DNA of 56,311 nt, filler included, from Barthelona sp. PAP020 (lineage: Eukaryota): the NCBI GenBank assembly GCA_040182905.1. It is 3 parts of 3 records of this genome, joined end to end, with 100 filler letters (N's around TTAATTAATTAA, not from the genome) between each part and the next. Parts side by side here need not be neighbours in the genome. Positions count along the whole stretch, not along the records: positions 37,679 to 56,311 come from JARQWU010000224.1; 2 more parts are not named here. One strand, written 5' to 3'. Shown one piece after another: positions 51,564 through 56,311 of this stretch. A program made the translations under genes and the position numbers. Position 1 is the stretch's first letter. Each line of letters begins with the position of its first letter. The notes beneath the pieces are model-generated. The model was not told the origin of the DNA. It made no database searches and worked only from the letters and a program-made list of their open reading frames with translations.

Positions 51564-54108
51564 ATGTTACCTGATACTTTACAAATAACAGGAACAAATA
51601 CTCAAAGTATTCCAAGAACGTATGCTTTCATTGTTAATTGCTCTAACAATTAGTCAAAAACCTGTTGATTATATTCCCCCTCCACCAATTGATGGAACAT
51701 TACCTGCAGATAACAATAACTTTTATGAAGAAAATACACAAAGTATTCAACAAAATGTTCAACAAACTCAACAACCTTTTTATGATGGTGTATCACAACA
51801 ACAACAACCAATTCAAAAAACCACTGATCGTTTATTAGAAAAATTTCCTTCCCCTGTTGATGATAGAAATTTTGAATATACAAAAACAGTTCCTGTTGTT
51901 TATGAATGCACCAATGAACCTGTTGTACTACCTCATGCATTTATTCCACAAGGTGGAATTGATCGTTTCAATGCAACTGGACGATTCATTCGTCCAACAT
52001 ATCGTGTTTTTCCAATGTCGCAAGAAGTTTTAAATAGTGTTGCTTTGCCTTTTGGGGTTGTTTGTTCACCTTTTGCTCCAGTTGAACTTCAAAACATGTA
52101 TGAAATTCCAATATTGAATGGAGACCCTGTACGTTGTCGTAGATGTCGTTGTTATCTAAATCCTAGTTGTACTTATCATGAAAGTGGACGAAAATGGGTC
52201 TGTACAATGTGTGGATATGATAACGAAGTTGAGGCCAATTGTTTTGCTCCTCTTATGGAAGATGGTAGACGTACAGACCATTCTTCACATCCTGAATTGA
52301 ATTATGGTACAGTTGAATATGAAAGAGCTGGTGAATTCCAAAATCCTGTTCCTTCCCATTTATTTTTAATTGAAAATACCCAAAAGAGTCATTCAATGGG
52401 AACTTTTGCTGCCAGTTTGGAAGTTATTAAGCAATTGTTAAACAATAAAAGAATGCCAGGAGCTTTGGATGGTGGACGTGTAGGGATTATTCTCTTTGGT
52501 TCTTCCATTACATATTTTGATTTGTCAAAACGTACACCAGTTGAATTAATTTCACATTCTGATGAACCATTTGTGCCAGCTTCTGCTTATAATTTAATGC
52601 TACCCTTTGAGGAAGCTGCTCCAAAAATACTCTCGATAATTGACCACTTGAAAAATCATGTTGCTGAATCCAACGATGCAAAATTGGGACTTGCTTTAGA
52701 TGTTGCTACTGAAATATTTGCTGAACTTGACGTTTTAGGAAGATTTGAAATTTTTGCTACCGAACATCCCATTTATGGTGATGGAAAAATGATTCTTCCA
52801 CCTTCTAAGAATTTATTGAACACTGACGATGAGAGAAAATTATTCCAGTGCACAAATTCCTGGGTTCAAAAGAAAGCACAAGATATTTTTGAAAAGAAAT
52901 CTTGCGTTGATGTTTATTGTTTGGGAAGTAGTCAAATGATGCTTGGTACACTCGGTTATCTTGCTGATATGACTGGTGGTATCATTCGAAACTATTTGGA
53001 CATCACTTTTAACGCTGTAAATGAAATAGTTCATGCTATTGAAGTTCCTATATACTCTCAAGTCACCTTTAAACTTAGAGTTGGTCGTACTTTGGAAGTT
53101 AAGGAAATGTATGGGCACAGAACGTTTGAAATCGCAGATACCCAAAATGCGTATCCATTTATGCGTGCTGATACTAGTTTTAGTTATGAATTAGGTTATA
53201 ACGGTGCTTTGCCTTCATGTTTAGTACCCTTACAATTAGCTTTGTTTTATGTTAAAAATAAGACGTCCTGCGTTGTGAGAGTAATTACTTATTCTGTTGA
53301 ACCTTCGTTTGATATTCAACATTTATTTGCTTACATGGATCAATCTGCTTTTTGTGCTCATTTTGTGAAGAAATACGCAAAACAGGCATTTACTCAAACA
53401 TTTTCTTCAATAAGACAAACACTCATTCCTGCTTGTGTTTCTTCCTTTGTATCTTATCGAAAAACTACAAACAAACAAATCAGGGAGTCTACTATCTACG
53501 TACCCGACAAACTTCCTCATTTTGCCTTATTTTTGGCTAGTTTGGTTCGTTCTCCTTTGTTAAGAGCTGGAGTGACTGTAAGTTGTACTTCTAGAGTAGC
53601 ATGGCTTCATTTCTTTGCTAACGCTTCTCCAAAAGAAGTTTTCTTTGCTATTTATCCCAGAATGTACGACATGGATTCAGTTTGTATCTCTGAAGATCCA
53701 GATTGGGAATCTTCAGTTCCTACCACTTTACCAATGGTCAGACCTTCCAAAGTTTTTACTGTTTCCAAAAATATCATTTTAGTTGAACTTCCTTTGGCTC
53801 GTTTACATGTTTTTGTAAAAGCCAGTTGTGATTTTTCAAATGTTTTTATGTTAGCAAATGAAAACGACCCAAGATCTCCCGTTATTCCAGTAAATACCAG
53901 TGAAGGAATCAAATTTGCCAGACTTTTGCAATATTTGGATCATATTCGTGGGTATTCTTTACAGCCTTCAATAATCATGGAAGGTTCTACAAATCAAACT
54001 TTGTTTGATGAAATGTTGGTTGAAGACATGTGTGCTTATTCTATTGGTTATGCTGAATTTTTAATTGGAGTACACTCAAGAATTTCAAAAGCTCTTGAAA
54101 ATAAGTAA
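51564..54108 (+). CDS. SEC24: COPII coat subunit Sec24; exons 51564-51619, 51654-54108
   Basis: RFIRPT..FP, LPFGVV.SPFA, zinc finger RCRRCRCYLNP..WVCTMC, HPELNYGTVEY, trunk domain, LVED near the C-terminus. Confidence 0.93.
51620..51653 (+). other. Spliceosomal intron of Sec24 (34 nt)
   Basis: GTATGC...TCTAACAATTAG; removal joins the upstream ATG 51564 in frame to QKPVDY. Confidence 0.8.
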
Positions 54109-54419
54109 ATGCTCATAAATTATGAATTATAAATAACAAATAGTCTTTCGTTTATGTTTTTTTGTTTTGTTGTATTTTTTGTGAATTTGAAGTGGCATTT
54201 GTGCTGATGTTTCAAAGAAGAAAGGATTTTTTGTTTTTGCTTTAAAAGCGAAAAAACAAAAGACAAAAACTGAAGAATTTTATTCATCAACCCTACAAAA
54301 CTTTTTCAACAACTTGCGGCGCCTTTAATTTCTTCATCTTCAAAAAAAAAAAAATTGAGATTTATTTGCAAGTTAAAACTCCATTCAATAACAATGAACA
54401 AAAGATCAAGAGATCATCC

Positions 54420-55031
54420 CTAATACAAGATATCCACCATGTTTTCATCAAAATATTCAAAATTGTCACGTTCTTCATCTTCTTCTTCATCATCAAAGTC
54501 ACTTCCATAATTTTCATCTTCATCAGGATACTCATTTCCGTAGTATGACTCTGCATTTGAATCTTCACTATATATATTTTCACTGTCAGCATCAACTTCA
54601 TCCAATAAATTCATTTGTATTTTAGGAATACCCTCTTGGTCATAATATGAGAGATCTATCTTTTCGATGGCATAATAATCGTAAATTTCATTCTCATCAT
54701 CTCCTAATAAATAATCATCACTAATTGCATTCTCATCATCAATATTTGCATCAATAATAACCTGTTGAGACAATGTACTTTCATAAAATTCCAAAAAATT
54801 ATCATCATTGCTCCCAGCTGTGTTTATTGTACCAATATATTTTCCTCCAAAAACTCTCTTTTTGTTCTTTAAAGGTTCTTCAATTTGTAAATCTTCATTT
54901 TCTAAATCGATTTCATCATCTGATAATTCAGAAATGGAAGGTAATCTCTTATAACTGTTTTCAATAACTAATTTAGGTAATGCTAATTGCGAAGACGTTC
55001 TTCTTCTTACCCTTATATAATAATTATCCAT
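54420..55031 (-). CDS. IWR1: Iwr1/SLC7A6OS-like RNA polymerase II nuclear import factor
   Basis: IRVRRR near the N-terminus, IYDYY, and EDSNAESYYGNEYPDE matching the Iwr1 DSNxExxxxNDYPDE motif. Confidence 0.8.
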   Translation of the reverse strand: MDNYYIRVRRRTSSQLALPKLVIENSYKRLPSISELSDDEIDLENEDLQIEEPLKNKKRVFGGKYIGTINTAGSNDDNFLEFYESTLSQQVIIDANIDDENAISDDYLLGDDENEIYDYYAIEKIDLSYYDQEGIPKIQMNLLDEVDADSENIYSEDSNAESYYGNEYPDEDENYGSDFDDEEEDEERDNFEYFDENMVDILY

Positions 55032-56311
55032 AATATAACAATTTCATACCAAAAAAAAAGTTTCTTCATTCCCTTGTTAACTCAGTTGAATAATTATTTT
55101 TAAAACTTAATACAATTTATCCAATATGATATGAAATTTTCTGTTCAATAATCAAAATTTCAAAGAAATGGTAAATTTCATTCAAAGGAATTAAACTCTT
55201 CAAGTCAAAGTTTGCAGAGTGACAAGTAAAGGTACTTTTATCCCTTTTCCTTTTATAAGTAATAATTTGGTATGTGTGCTCAGTAAAGTGATTCTGTGAA
55301 AAAAACTGTCCATGAAATGAGAATCCAACAATAAAAGCAACAATTGTGAAAGAAATCATCACCGAGCTTTCCATTTTTACGTTTGACATTGATTTTATTT
55401 GATTGATAATTAGTTTTTTGTTAATGTTGGGGTTCTTGCAAGACTCAAGCATTTAATCGGAAAAGTTAAAGGTTAAATCGTACTTTTCTGAATGTTGAAA
55501 CCTATTTGGTACATTAAATTTTCACCTAATGAACAAAAGTGTCTGGCCAGATTGACCCTGATGAATTTTACCTAGGAATCAAATATGTGATCATACAAAA
55601 GTGTTCGAAGCAAAGCGGACTGATTTCACACAAAAGAGAATATAAATTTGTTTAAGGTTTTTTCTTGCAATTTCTGATATTAATGGGTATCAAAATTGAA
55701 AAACTCAAGCAATAATAAACGTAATTGTAAGAATTCAAAGATTAAGGATATTAGATCAACCCGAAATATCAAAATCCTACAAAGAGAACTTAATTGGAGA
55801 GATTTAAAGTGAATCAAGGGGCTAAAGGAAAGTATCACACATTTCTTTAAATACCCGCCCCATCTAAACCAGAAGCATTTCTCTTCTTTTTAAGAGTGTT
55901 CTGAACCATCCACGCAAAACCACTCAGTTGCAAGTACCTCCAAACTCTAATCGAGAACAATAAAGGTGTTTATAAGCATTTGTTATTATTGTGAAACGTA
56001 GCAAGCATTTCACAAGGAGGGAAAAAGAAAAGCGTGAAGAAACGCCCCAGAATTTGATTCAAGCAAAATTTCTCGTATTTCAAAATTTATCAAATAATAA
56101 AACAACTAGTTGAGCCTAAGACAAAGAAGAATCTAATGCCACTGGCTAATAAAGAATCTTGAAAGATTACAAAAGAAATTTTCCCAAAATTTCAACCATT
56201 GTCTGAATTTGCTTAATCAAATTTTCTATCCAAAGTTATTGAAGTCATTTCTTTTTTTTTAGGGATTCAATATCGTCCAATCTTTCAATCAGAACTAAGT
56301 CATTTCAAACA

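Noticed and set aside
51622..51653. Signal-peptide-like N-terminus MLSLLIALTIS on Sec24 in the ORF track
   Set aside because: It is translated intron sequence; the spliced start is at 51564.
1530..55031. Alternative genetic code or polyadenylation-created stop codons
   Set aside because: Conserved genes are uninterrupted in the standard code and end at genomic TAA, TGA or TAG stops.

Overview
This is AT-rich, very gene-dense eukaryotic (protist) nuclear DNA in the standard genetic code, not prokaryotic. The window is three unlinked scaffolds (1-18739, 18840-37578, 37679-56311) joined by artificial 100-bp N44-TTAATTAATTAA-N44 spacers, plus one 451-N gap. It holds about 33 protein genes, including a RalGAP-alpha N-terminus missed by the ORF track, a Tul1-like E3, CK1, Exo1, 14-3-3, NDK, NMD3, transketolase, RPL13A, DPH1, LCB1, Sec24, Iwr1 and a Rim15/IRE-type kinase, plus one tRNA-Ser(AGA) and a dispersed ~330-bp repeat family. 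Five short 5'-proximal spliceosomal introns can be read directly (GTAT...CTAAY-N3-5-TAG, branch point next to the acceptor). A WGTAAA motif recurs at or just after stop codons. The most notable items are (1) very divergent mitochondrial-import-like proteins (Tom40-like barrel, short presequence-less MPP-beta-like peptidase, possible remote Tim50) suggesting a highly reduced mitochondrion-related organelle, (2) an unannotated ~390-nt structured RNA candidate with an RNase P/MRP-like layout, (3) a calcineurin A paralogue that looks catalytically dead, and (4) two bacterial-type enzymes. The overall picture (an intron-poor flagellate, metamonad-like) is inference. No database searches were run, and all family calls come from motifs recognised by eye.
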